A stretch of 60,633 nt of DNA, filler included, from Sluysia triapertura (taxonomy: Eukaryota): assembly GCA_046118255.1 (NCBI GenBank). It is 5 parts of 5 records of this genome, joined end to end, with 100 filler letters (N's around TTAATTAATTAA, not from the genome) between each part and the next. Parts side by side here need not be neighbours in the genome. Positions count along the whole stretch, not along the records: positions 25,899 to 36,887 come from JBJNIA010190508.1; positions 36,988 to 49,508 come from JBJNIA010101767.1; 3 more parts are not named here. One strand, 5' to 3'. The notes under the pieces were generated by a model. That model ran no database searches. It saw nothing but the letters and a program-made list of their open reading frames with translations, and was not told where the DNA came from. Each line of letters opens with the position of its first letter. Positions within the stretch are counted from its first letter, which is position 1. Of the stretch, positions 27,881 to 40,524 are shown one piece after another. The translations under genes were made by a program, and so were the position numbers.

Positions 27881-28770
27881 TTACATATGAATCTTTATTT
27901 TAAGTTAATTTTGATCGAGTTTTATGCTCTTAAATTAAGATTTAATATTTATAAATTTTAATTTCATATTAACATTTTTACTTTAAATTTAATTGTTATT
28001 TGTTATTAAATTTTGAATTTATATTAACTATATTATTAATTTGAAAGTAAAATATTATATTTTAATAATTTTTTAAACAATATTTTATTATATTTATTGA
28101 ATTTTAAAAATGATAAATTATTTTATTAAAGAACAATTTTTATTAAAATGAGTATTATGTGAAATATTATTACATTTGGAATATTTTTACAAATGCTAAA
28201 TATACGAAGTTGATTTTCTAACTAGTTTTATAATTGCAAGTCAAATAAATGACCTTATTTTAAAGTATAATTAAATCTTAAGAAATATTGCCTATATTCT
28301 GAACTCAAACAAAAACGGAATCTAAATAATGTAAAAAATAACAAATGATTTTATCCTAGTCAGCATGTTTTTTAATTTTAAAATTCCATAAAATATATTG
28401 TATTATAAAGTTTTGAAGAATTTTTATTTATAGAGTTTTATTGAATGATAAAATTAATTACATCAAAAAATTAGCCTAAGATTACCAAAGGCTAGAAAAT
28501 GTATCATCAAATCCCTTATTACAACACTACTATAGGTATAACGTTGAAGTAGCAACGATCTTATTTATTAGATAACTTATTAATTTAAAAATAAAGTTTG
28601 ATAGATTTTTTAAATGATGAAAAAGCTCAAAAATATATCAATATATTATATTAAGAAATATATGTTCCTGTTTATCTAACACTTCAAAGGAATAATGAAA
28701 TCCGTTATTCAATTTTTAATGAATTATTTTAAATAAATGTTATTGAAATAAATTTTAAAATAAAACTAAC

Positions 28771-31253
28771 CAATAATACTTTTTGGAATATCGGATAAAC
28801 AAGTAATAGCTGAATAAAGCGGTATTGCAACAGATTCATAACTATCTTTATCATTTGTCAATGGTGATAATAATAATACCAGAAATGTTCTTAAACACTC
28901 AATTGCTGGATAATTTTGTTTGTTTTGTCGTGAAGATAAAGTGTTTTCGAAAATATGTACACGTAACATAACTTTTTCATCTTTGGATAATATTTCATAT
29001 ATTTTATCTTGAAAATTATTACAAACTTCAATATTAATCCCTATTTTTGCTTTGGTTTTTATATAATGATTATTTTTGTCACTGAAAATAATTATAAAGA
29101 TTAATAATGCATAGTTTTGAAGACGTTAATTTAACTAAACAAAAAAAAATCAGTTCAAAAGGTGATTAAATTAAATTCTGCACATGAAATACTAACTTTC
29201 ATTGGTTAAACAATGTAAGTATATCTTGAGATTGAGTAACATTTCTTTAATATGATCATTTTTAATTTATTGAACTTTAGTGTTTTTATTCTTTAATTAT
29301 AAATATATAATAATTTCATAATAGTCATAATATTTAATAATATTATTTAATAATTATTAATATTTAATATTTAATTTTATAAATATTTTTTCATGGTGGA
29401 AAGTTGTACTTCTATTAAAATTATTTGATGAATAATTTTCTTCGCCAACAGTTTATTCACAGTTTATTCCCCAATAGATCCACAAAATCCAAAAACAGAA
29501 ATTTTCTTCAAAGTAATGCCAGTATTGTGCAATGAAAATTATTCTTCTAACATATTATTGTTAACATATTGTGTTACAGTCTCGATCAAATGATCGAATT
29601 CACCATTAAACAGATGTTAAATTTTATTACCTTAAATTTTAAAAAAAATCCAGGCTACCACATCATTAAATTTAGCTTGATCTTACTAAATAAAATTCAA
29701 TCGTTATCCTTATTTGTAATTTGTTGGAAAACAATCTCTTCCTTTTGAAAAACATTACCATTTCTTAATTAATTTTTTAATTTTTAGATAACTCATATAT
29801 TCGTTAAATGGAAGTAAAATTTCACATTTAATTCGGCATTGTTTTTTACCAGTTCCAAGACAATTTCTAATATTAAACATTCTTCATTCTAAGATAGATC
29901 GTCAGTTTGAGATAATTAAAATTAAATTATATGTTATGCAAAATTATCAACTTGACATTTACCAAACTTTACAACAATTTCTTATTAATTATGAACGTTA
30001 TCAAGATTTGTTGGTAAGCGCTACTTTTCAAAATTACCTAAAAATTTTTTATCGCTTACACGGTGTTATAAATGCTTTTAAATGTTTAAACTCAAGCTTA
30101 AATGATACCAAATTAATTTTTATTTATTTAGTTCCTATAAATTAAATTAAAACTTATTTTACTTGTTTGAATTTAAATGATCAGTAATATAATGGGAACA
30201 ATAATCCAAATCACTGATATCATCAATGATATTCCGAATAATAAATCCAATCCAATGATTCGATCGTAAAATACCTTTAATTGGTGTTTTTTCTGTTTAT
30301 AGAAATTTAACTGTTTATTAATAAAAATTTAGTTGTTTATTCATAATTTTCTTTTGTAAGTTTGTATTATAATTACTACGTAATTGTAATACTTTTCACT
30401 GTTTTATTATACTAATTCTTTGCATTTCATTCTATCTCTTCTGTAGTTAATGGTTTCATATATTTCATTCTATAATACCGCCAATTTAATTCCTTAGTTA
30501 ATTTTTGTATGTAGAATCTTAAAATATATTTTTTGTGATTATATTGTACGTTAATGTTAATTTTTTCATTGCTATTAGCATTACATTTTTTCCAGGTTTA
30601 GTCCAGAGCTTTTTATTCTTGCTAATTAAGTTTACAATCTATATTATGTAAATTTATATTTAGATTTGATTTATTATTTTTAGAAATAATAATAATAAAG
30701 CTGAAATTGTACCTTAATATATTTAAGATCAAACGAAAAATTTTATTCGAAAAATAATGTAACTTGTCCTTTAATGCTACCGATTGCTGATAACAACCAG
30801 AACCTAGTGAATTAATGAATTTGCAAGTGAACTTATGAACCTATTGCGGACAGACTTATACTTACAAAATCTTGAAATTAAAATTAATATCTGAATCAGT
30901 TCTAAAATTATACGACGTTCTTCTAAAATTAAGATATAGAAAGTGATATTTATATCGATGTGACCATCAGACTTTAAGTATGTGAATAACGTAATTTTAC
31001 TATTACTATTATTAATATTATTATTATTACTATTATTATTATTACTATTATTATTATAAAGTAAATATAATAACCTATTGTCCAGGAAACTAGCTGCAAT
31101 ACATGAAAATGAACCCATAACTGAAAAAAACGTATCTTTAAATTGTTCAATATTTTTAGTTTTTGGTAAATCTACTAAATCGTTTACAATCAGTCGATAA
31201 ATAATAGAAAGTTTTCTATAATTTGATTGTCGAAAATCTTCGCAGACATTGTT
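28771..31253 (-). CDS. HERC4: HERC3/HERC4-like E3 ligase, two internal exons (31253-31075, 29081-28771)
   Basis: AG/GT sites with a phase-2 junction in frame. EDFRQ...SFSCIAASFL..NNHYIKT..GINIE...PAIECLRTFLVL..PL..VAIPLYSAI matches the small-HERC RLD-to-HECT linker (DDFR..SGCLNGSFL..DHY..GVD..PDVEALR.YL.L..IAIP). Confidence 0.75.
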
Positions 31254-31319
31254 CTGTTGAAAAATGCATTAAATTAAATGGATGAAATTGTAAATGTCTT
31301 ATAAATATATTAAATTTAA

Positions 31320-32260
31320 GGTTTCACAAAATAACTGAAAGACAACATCAAAATACTACGTCTGTCATGTATTTTTCTAAGATAAAAACCATAATTTAAT
31401 ATTTACGAATAATTAAAAGTTTTCTTAGATATTTACCTTTTGCACGCAAATAAGTGATAAAAGATATAGCCTAAAAGAACGTGTTTGGATTGTGAAGAAT
31501 TCGTAATAATTGCACGTGTAATGACATTATATACCAATAAGAACAATTAATATTCTGATAAATAAATTTCTAGAAACTGCTTCAGTAACTGATGCGAATC
31601 GTTCAGGCCATCCACAATTTGTCACAGTACAAGAAACATTGCAAGCAACACCTTTAGATATCGCTTACGTGAGGTTCATGTCAGCAGAACATCAGTTAAA
31701 AGTTGTTCAGACGCCTTTTAAAATTACTATACTTAATTACTATACAGAATTGTCCAACAGTTAAACAAAGTTTATTTTGATATATGGAATCAAATCTTGT
31801 CATTTCTATATCATTTGATACAAAACTACCTTTCATGATAATGAAGTCATCCATTGGCAAAATTGTGTGAATCATACTAAAAAAGTCTTCATATAATAGT
31901 TTCGAAAAGTGGCTAGCTGTAAGACCTATAACTCTTTTGGTATGTTAATTTGCTATCGGAATAGCTTTTACATGTACTTCAACGGTTGCTTGACAATTAA
32001 TCTTACATCATTTGCATTAAGCAAAAATAACAAGAAATGAAAATTTAAATCATAGTTGGATCGGACGTCGAGGATCTCTGTAGAGAGTTCTAAAGATTTC
32101 CAGATTTCATTGTTTAGAATTATGTGCTGTTGGGATTTCTGAAAAACATAGTAATGCGAACTACAAGCCGAAAAGCATGTCAAAATATAGTTTCAAGATA
32201 TCATGCTGTATCGAAGAAGACAGACATTTTGAATGCATAATTTAGTTTTTTTAAAATTTG
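31320..32260 (+). mobile_element. Degenerate Tc1/mariner-family transposon
   Basis: YSLKERVWIVKN, INKFLETASVTDANRSGHP and WIGRRGS...PD...LLGFLKNIV (the WPPRSPDL..LWGYLK region); many stops. Confidence 0.8.
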
Positions 32261-34909
32261 TTTGTTTAAATAAAGTGAAATTTTTAATGTTTAAAAAATG
32301 TTTGAATATTCAATGTACTATTTTTCATTTGATTGATTTATGTTTACTTACTTGATGTGTGCACATTTATGTTGAAGAATTAAGATTCGTCACATAAACA
32401 TAACCTTATCGCGGATTTAAATTCAAATTTATTAGCTTCAATTGAAAATAATGAACATACGTTGCAAATCAAAAGCTTTTCAAAAGTAATATAAATTTGA
32501 ATTTATAAATCAAAAAACTTTTAAACAAAACAATTTATTTCTGATGTCTTATAATATAAAACAAATTTATCTTTTATTTATATAAAATGTAAATAAATTA
32601 TCGTTTATGAATTTTAATTATAATTAAACATTTTATTTAAGAAATTGTAAATAAAATGACTTTTACTTACAAATAAATATACATTTTTAGATTAAAAGAG
32701 AATTATATTTCATAAAAAATTAATTTTGTGATAACTCCAAATGTTGAAAATATTATTGTAAAAAATTTGAAGGTAAAAGCATTTCAAATAAATTATATTG
32801 CACCACTTTATAATATTAAAATATCTATTTTATAAATCAAAATTATCAAAAAGCATTTAAAAGTACTCAAGAAATATTTTCATAAATAACAAAAATACTA
32901 AAATAATACCTTCAAACGAGGTGAACATTGAAAATTAACATATCAACATGAAGAAGGCAAAAATCACACTTAATTAGCTTCCGGAAAACTTCACAGATCA
33001 GACGCAGATGCCAATAAAATAAGAAAAAACTGCTAAAAATAAATACTAAACAACAAGGCAGATATAATTGAATAAAGTATAAATAGACTTATAATATTAA
33101 TTATAAAACTTAATGAAATTATAATACAATATTAATAAAGCGATAATCTGTGTTCTGTATAGAAAGAAAAATGACTATAGAGCTATAGTATAAGATCCAT
33201 TGCATATATATTATTATAGAATTAAATTGGTTATAGAGTAGAATATTGAATTAGGGCAAAGCTGACTAGAGTGAAGATATTTTGAAATGAGAATTGAATA
33301 GGTATTGGTGATAAATTCTAAACAGGCTAAAAAGTATAAACACTACAAATTTTGATTTAATTAGTCTAATATTATTTTTATTATTTAATGAATCTGGTTG
33401 AACATTATTTACTTTAATTGAATATGATTTAATCAATGTGGTTGGACTTGATTGAGATAAAAGCAAAAGTAAAAAATAAAATAAAATTTCTAAATAAACT
33501 TCCAATGTTTAAGTATAGCATTAGTTTTTAAATATTAATTTATTCCTTGTAACGAATTTTTTACTTAGTTTCAGTATAATATAATTCATTTTATAGGTTG
33601 TTGTTTCATTTGTGAAAGCGAATTAAATTGTAATGATAGATAGATTGCGGCAATTACTTTCATTTAAAATTAGACTTATAAACTTACTCTTTACTAATAA
33701 CTCTTACTCACTTTAAAATTATTCGTAAACTTTAGGCAAATATAAACTATGTAATAAACTATGTAAAACTTTTACTTTTATTTCTCTTTAAATTATTCTG
33801 ATTTCAGTCTATAATAGATAATTTTTAATTGCTTATATCTCAAATAACTTTATACCCTAATATAATAACTTTACACCCTAATATAACTTTATATCCTACA
33901 TTAAAAAAGTAGTCTCTGATGCACGAGACTTAAAACGATACATAATGCTTTGATAAAAAACTTGACAAAAAATTTTATTTTATGTTGTATTTTACTTTCA
34001 AGATATCATATACCTTATCAAATCTTCAATAAATTCTAATATTATATAGAAATTTTTCTGAATTTAACAATTTTCCGGTCACATCAATAATAACTCAATA
34101 CTTCAAATTTGTCTAAATTATATAATTTTTGAATAAAATTCATTTTCATTATTGATTTGTCGAAATAACAATTTCACAACCATTTAATTCAGTTAAGGAA
34201 TTTTCTGAAACATTTAAGTGTGTAGTTTTATCAGATCTTTTGACATTAATAATAAATTCTTTTTTTCTAGGACTACATATGATTCGCAAATTAATAAAAT
34301 TTCATAATCTATGTTATGAAATTAGTAATTTTACACCATTGTTAAATTTTACTGGTAAAATCAGTTTGCTGAGATCTTAATAATATAACTTGATCGATAT
34401 ACCCTTTAAGAAAAATAACATTAATGAAATAAAGTGCAGTTATAATGGTAGCAAGTACGACCATACTTATTTCAACTTTCGGATCTGGCATAATGTAAAG
34501 TTGGACGTATTTATTTATTCGAAACCAATACAAACGAATAATATGTCCGTTTTTAGTATAGGTTAACACGAAATAAGACCTTTGACGCTTATACGGACGA
34601 TCAATACATTTTTATACATAAATTTTTCTAAAAGATGAGGTGTGGAATTACACGATGAAACATATACAGTAATTCCAAAGAGTGTTAAGCAATCCGATAA
34701 ATAAGGTCACTGATACGTACACTTACATATAATTCGTTGAAAATTGCTTCGTGATGTACCGACATCGAAAAGGTGTTCCTTTGTGATAAACAAAAACCCT
34801 TCCAATTCTGTTAAAGACACAATTATTAGTACTATTTATAGAAGTCACTTTGGATAATTGGTCATCATTTACGATTTTACTGTTGTTGTTGTTGGTTATC
34901 AATCAATCC

Positions 34910-35271
34910 TGTTATGACGCCGTTGTGGTGTCACACTCCAACATATATCATACATCACATCCACTATCACCATCGACTACATAAAACTCATCACAAACAA
35001 ATCACATCGAAATAAACACACCTACAACCTCTGTAGTATCACACTACATCTCCGATAAATCACAAACGTATAATAAAATCTCTTTATTAAAATCATTTTA
35101 GTAATACTTTGTTAAATGTAACGCTTGTTGCCACTTCATCAACACTGTAGCACTGCCTTTTATCGTACTTTTTATTGAATTTATTATTGTAAGTCTAAAC
35201 TTTCAATATGTCCTTACAAATAATATTAATTTCGTAATTATTCAACATTAATACGAATATTTTTTGTAACA
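34910..35271 (+). mobile_element. Possible solo-LTR-like sequence
   Basis: TGTTA...TAACA termini, A/C-rich first half and T-rich second half; no convincing target duplication. Confidence 0.3.
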
Positions 35272-36235
35272 AAATACTTAGAAATATTTATACAACAATA
35301 TGTGGTTACACAAATTTTGTTACTGATATTATTATGCACACTTTATTTCAATTTAGTTATAATGTCGATACCAAATGATATATTAGGTACACTTGAATAT
35401 TCTAACTATATCGCTAGTCAAGCTGAAGAGGAACGTCTTATTAAGTCCATAAAAGTAAATGCTGAAAAGGATCATGAATATTTAATGCAAGAAGCAGCCT
35501 ATTTAAATTCTCTTCAATACGGAAATTATGGAACTTCTAAATATCAATTGAAAAGTTAATTAAGAATAGTAAATAAAATTAAATAATTAAATTTATATTA
35601 TTATATATTAAATTATAAAGTTAATTTTAAGTTATTTATTAAATTCAAATTTAATATTATTAAATTTACAATAAGTATTAATTAAATTAATTTTCAACAT
35701 TTAAAATATTGAATAAGTTTTGAAAAATATTAAATTTTTAATTTAATTCAAAAAATGATTGTTTCGTAAAACTTTCAATAGTAACAGTCGTGATTATTAC
35801 AACTTTTTCAACTATTCAGAAGTTTATTTATATCTCTGTAAAGTTCTCTTCTGGAAATATAGTTTATTAATTTTTCACTACTTTGTAGTAATTGGTATCT
35901 CTAAATATTTGTCGTTGTGATTTGTTTATATCTATATATGTACGTATGCATTTATTAGAAATATGTATCTAAATTTAATATGATGCCTGTTATTAACAAA
36001 TTATTTTTTTACATCCTTTATGTATCAGATATTACCATTGTTTTTGTGCATTTTATGATTTAATTGCTATTTTGCTTGTCCACATCTGTTTAGCTACTAA
36101 TGAATATAAATAAAATCTATATATATTATTAGTCTAGGTAATATTTTAGAGCTACGTTTGAAAATTATTGTTTCAATTTTAGTATGTCCGAGCTGAAATT
36201 AAAAAATTTTTAAAAAATTATTTTATGATTATTTT

Positions 36236-36415
36236 ATGATCTACATAAAGAGCACTGGAACAGTTAAAGCTATGCATGGACATTTTTCGGGCACCAAACA
36301 ACAAGAAATAGCAGTAGCAAAAGTGAAAACAGTAGAATTATTACGAACTGATCAAAGTTCTGGAAAAGTTCAAACATTAATCTTAACAGAAGTTTTTGGT
36401 ATTTTTAGTCTTATG
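36236..36415 (+). pseudogene. SF3B3: SF3B3 (SAP130) N-terminal fragment
   Basis: AMHGHFSGTKQQEIAVAKVKTVELLRTDQSSGKVQTLILTEVFG versus recalled AIHGNFSGTKQQEIVVSRGKILELLRPDPNTGKVHTLLTVEVFG. Similarity ends abruptly and the next segment is an unrelated gene. Confidence 0.8.
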
Positions 36416-36581
36416 CTAAACTTAATTGTATTTTAGAATTTAGTTGTTTAGAGAGTGATAGAATGATAGAAACGTATCTATATCTATTAACTTTGCAAGG
36501 TAAATGTCTAATTTTAAATAATCAAATTAAATAGAAAAATTTGATACATTCAAGTACACTTTATCAAACCTTGAATGTTTT

Positions 36582-36887
36582 ATGAATTCTGACACGGGTA
36601 TTAGAGTTGGTAAAGAATTCCAAGCTATTATTTCAGATTTACGTACGGACGAGTGGGATTTGAGTGTTGAGGATGATTCTAGTGAAATGCTACTTTGCAA
36701 ACCATGTAAATGTAAAGACAGTAATGTAAAACTTTACTTAAGAAAATATGCTAATAAATGTGGCTATCAAATAATGATAATGCATGATGATAAAGATGCT
36801 TTATACCTACTGTTAAGTAACAAGTTTAGTGTTGAGAGGTTTTTGATTTATATATCTGAACTTAATTTTAATATAAGTGATTATTAT
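36582..36887 (+). pseudogene. MIER-like ELM2 domain fragment, running into the linker
   Basis: IRVGKEFQAII...MLLCKP..V..YL...DDKDALYLL..NKF.VE. The conserved ELM2 Trp (LLWxP) is Cys. Could instead be a live exon. Confidence 0.65.
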
Positions 36888-36987
36888 NNNNNNNNNNNNN
36901 NNNNNNNNNNNNNNNNNNNNNNNNNNNNNNNTTAATTAATTAANNNNNNNNNNNNNNNNNNNNNNNNNNNNNNNNNNNNNNNNNNNN
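36888..36987. other. Artificial contig linker
   Basis: N44-TTAATTAATTAA-N44. Confidence 0.97.
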
Positions 36988-38127
36988 ATATATGTCAGGT
37001 CGTCATCTTACTGATTTGTATTTTTGTATATATAACATTTTATAATTTATCTGTTAATTAATCAAAAATAATAATAGTAATATTTGTAAATTAATTTACC
37101 AACAACTTATTTGTAAATTATTTGATTTAATTAATTTATAACAAGAATTATTTAATTTAAAAGTAATAAAATTTTGTTTAATTGTTTACATTTACTGTCA
37201 TACTTACGTTTTTGTATAAACTAATATTGTCTATGGTTACCAAATGAAGACCATATTATAAATACGTAAAAACAGTAAAAATCATTCGTTAATAAATTTT
37301 ATTTATTATAAAAATTTTTAATCACGATTTCAATACTGTTCTATTGAATTGTATTACAATTGTAATATAAAACCAGCAGAGGATTCTCACTTTTAAGGAT
37401 TTGATTAGAGTTTTAATATTGAAAATTACCGTTAGTTTGATTCATTCTAAGGATTAACAAAATTTAGATTTTTTAAATTAATAAATAAAATTATTTATTA
37501 AATTAATAAATTTAATTAATAATTAAATTAATAAATAAAATTATTTTTTATTCAATCACTTAATTTTATCATTTATAAAATCATCAAACCTTTAGGTATT
37601 AATCTCTGCCAATTCGATTACTAGTCTTTTCATTTATTCGATAAAACATTAATTGTAAACAATTATATATAATTTATTTTTAAACATTTTGAATATTATA
37701 TTAATATAAATCAATTATTCGACTTTAATTGTACATTAATTACCAAGAGTTGAATTCTAAGTAGACTGATCTTACGTATTCATAATTTACATAGATTTAA
37801 AATCTACCTTCTATAACCAAATTAAATATTTTTAATCATGATCTCATGTAAAATCATTACTTAAATCGTCACTGCAATAAAGACGAAAAATAAATCTTTG
37901 ACATTATCCTATTAAATAAATCTTGCTCGTGCAGTGACCTCCAAGTAGTTAAAAAATTTAACAATCCTAATTGTTCTGCGATTAATTATCTTTTATGTGC
38001 CACTTGCGTCTTAGACCTTAAGTGAATAAGTGTAACATTGTAAGGAACTCATATAAAACTAAATTTATTTATTTATAATATATTTCCTATCTGTTTTTGT
38101 AAACTCAGCATTACATATTGATATTAA

Positions 38128-38212
38128 CCCTTCAAACCGTTAAGACGAGTACGCGTTCGTCGTTCTGGCGTCACGTATAGCATTAAATAATATTAATGCA
38201 CGGCTTGAAGGG
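38128..38212. mobile_element. 85-bp piggyBac-like MITE
   Basis: TTAA|CCCTTCAAACCGT...ACGGCTTGAAGGG|TTAA; 13-bp TIR with one mismatch. Confidence 0.85.
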
Positions 38213-38235
38213 TTAACATGGTAGACTTCATGAAA

Positions 38236-38301
38236 TGGACTAACCGGGGATCGAACCCAGGACCTCTCGCTGCGCACCCGGGACCACTGAACTATCAGCC
38301 C
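38236..38301 (-). pseudogene. tRNA-Ala-derived pseudogene or SINE core, within repeat 38218-38370
   Basis: Acceptor stem GGGCTGA/TTAGTCC with G3:U70 and discriminator A; A-box TAGTTCAGTGG; T-arm CTGGG-TTCGATC-CCCGG. The 3' D-stem and 5' anticodon stem are missing (66 nt total). Confidence 0.75.
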
Positions 38302-38974
38302 CATCTAACAATTTTTAGATTACTATAGTCCATTATACTACATGGCACTTTAAGCCTGTATACCAACAATTATATTAAAAACAAAAACATTTAAAGTACG
38401 TAGAAAATTAATTAATGTTTAATTTTTGTATTAGGAATTAACATTGATTAACATTTACATCGAATTGTTTGTACAAATTGCTCTATAAATAAAATACACC
38501 ATTTTACAATATTTCGCAATTGTAAATAAATTAACTTCATAATGCAATGTTACAACTTCGAATGATCAAATGAGATGTATATTAAAAATTGTAGACTTAA
38601 ACTATTATTTAAGTTTGAACTCTGTTTAACAATTAAATGTTGAATTTGAGTCTGATATATTTTATTTACTTCAGAGTCATAATTTCTGTAGCAATTTTAT
38701 TCTAATTAGTATCAAGTTTGAACCGTTTATAAAACATAAATTGTATTTGATTTAAATACATAAATTTTCTAATTTTCTCAATTAGTAATTCACATGATTT
38801 GAGTCATAATGTTTTTTCCATTTGACTCAATATTTTCAGAGCTTATCAAAAATACGAACGTTAATTATTATTATTTTTGATAAATTCAACATTTAAAATG
38901 AATCGTGTTACAAATTAGACTCAAAACTCAAAAATGATGAATTTTTAAGTAAATTTAATTTAAACAAATCTTAC

Positions 38975-39134
38975 CTTACAATTTTCGAAATATTCTAGAA
39001 AACTCATGAACGGTGCTATTCCAGTTCCTGGGCCAATTAGAATATAAAGTGTTTTTGAACAACCCGTAACAGTGAATTCGTTTAAGTTTTTTCTTAAATA
39101 CAGCAAAAGTTTATTTTCATTTTCATTTGGTAAG
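38975..39134 (-). CDS. Single exon of a diflavin reductase (MTRR/POR/NDOR1 family), NAD(P)-binding start
   Basis: TTTTAG| acceptor and AAG|GTAAGA donor; open frame LLYLRKNLNEF...YILIGPGTGIAPFMSFLE. Confidence 0.75.
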
Positions 39135-39736
39135 CTAAAATCAAAAGTTTTAATTGTGTGTAAAATTCAAAAAATAATAAAATAATCTTTTACTGTGGAT
39201 GGTGATTAAGAGGCTTCGTAGCCGAAGAAAAATTGTAATTATAAAATTTTAAATATTGATACAAAAGATGTGAAATCCAATTTTATACTTTAGGTAACAA
39301 TGTAAGTTTTTAAAAGAGTTTTATTTAAACTACTTATTTTAGCGTCATTGGATTTTTGTAGTTATTTGTTCCTCGTATAAAAAACTTGCAACGTTGAAAT
39401 TGTTGGTTGTCAAGAATGTTCTTAACCGAAGAGAAATCGTAATTATAAGAAAATTTTAAATTTTGAGGAAACATGGCCGAAGTGACAGAATTATATCAAC
39501 TGATGTTTAATTTTGGGATAATTTTAAACTAAACTTAATGAAAATGAAGTAATCTCAATTATGTGTCTTGAAAGTTAAAATGATCATTAATTACTTTGTG
39601 TCGAAGATTCTCAGTTGTGATTAATTGAAAATTGGACTAGAGTTTAATTTAATGTTTCTTTGTAGTAAAATTTTAGTAAGAAATTAATTCTAGGAGTTAT
39701 TTTAAAATCATATTCTAAGTAATATTTGTTAGTCAT

Positions 39737-40186
39737 TGTAGGGAAATCACACAAAATTCATCGCACCTCATCACATAAAAACATTTCACATGTACACAGA
39801 TTATTAAATAAATTACTAAATTCATTCAAAAAACAAACATAACCATTGAACATAATTATCATGAACTACAGCTATTATTATTACAATTCAAATCGTATTA
39901 AACAATATACATATAATTGTTATTATTATTGTATAATGTGATTATCGAATAATAACTTTTATAATAAATCTCATAATAAAACTTCGTATCAACATCAACA
40001 ATGCCAGTATTAATAAACATAATAACTACGTTATTGTTATCATTATCATTTTTTATTCTTGTTATTAATGTCTTTTTATTTTTTCGTTTTGTTCCACTTT
40101 TTTACATATTTATCCATGTGTTAATTAATCTATAAAGTTTACATTTAATATCTGTTATAAAATTTGTTCTTTTAATAACTCCAACA
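39737..40186 (+). mobile_element. LTR-like repeat family H, longest copy (450 bp, TG...CA)
   Basis: Starts TGTAGGGAAATCACACAAAATTCATC, ends TAACTCCAACA. Homologous to 53349-53432 (-) and 55135-55501 (-). No target duplication seen. Confidence 0.7.
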
Positions 40187-40524
40187 TTTCAACTGGAAAG
40201 TCAATTATTCGAATATTATGATCACAAAAGATATACGCCGATACTTTCTATGGATAATATTACTTTATTGGTTACTGAGAAACAAGATTTGAAAGATTAT
40301 GTTTCTAATAGCTTATAGTCAAATAATTTATTCAATTTACCATCTACAAAGAAGTTTAAAACATATTCTTCCTGATAATGATGTTAAAAATGAGTCGATA
40401 TCGGAATCGAAGAAAGAGGTATCGAGTAGTCTCAGTTTCAATGCGACAAAAACAATTAACATCACAATTTTTCATACAATTTTTCATAATATAATGTACT
40501 TCTTGAGCGTGTCTAGATAATAAA

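Noticed and set aside
38236-38301. Functional tRNA gene
   Set aside because: D-stem and anticodon stem cannot form; only 66 nt; belongs to a dispersed repeat.
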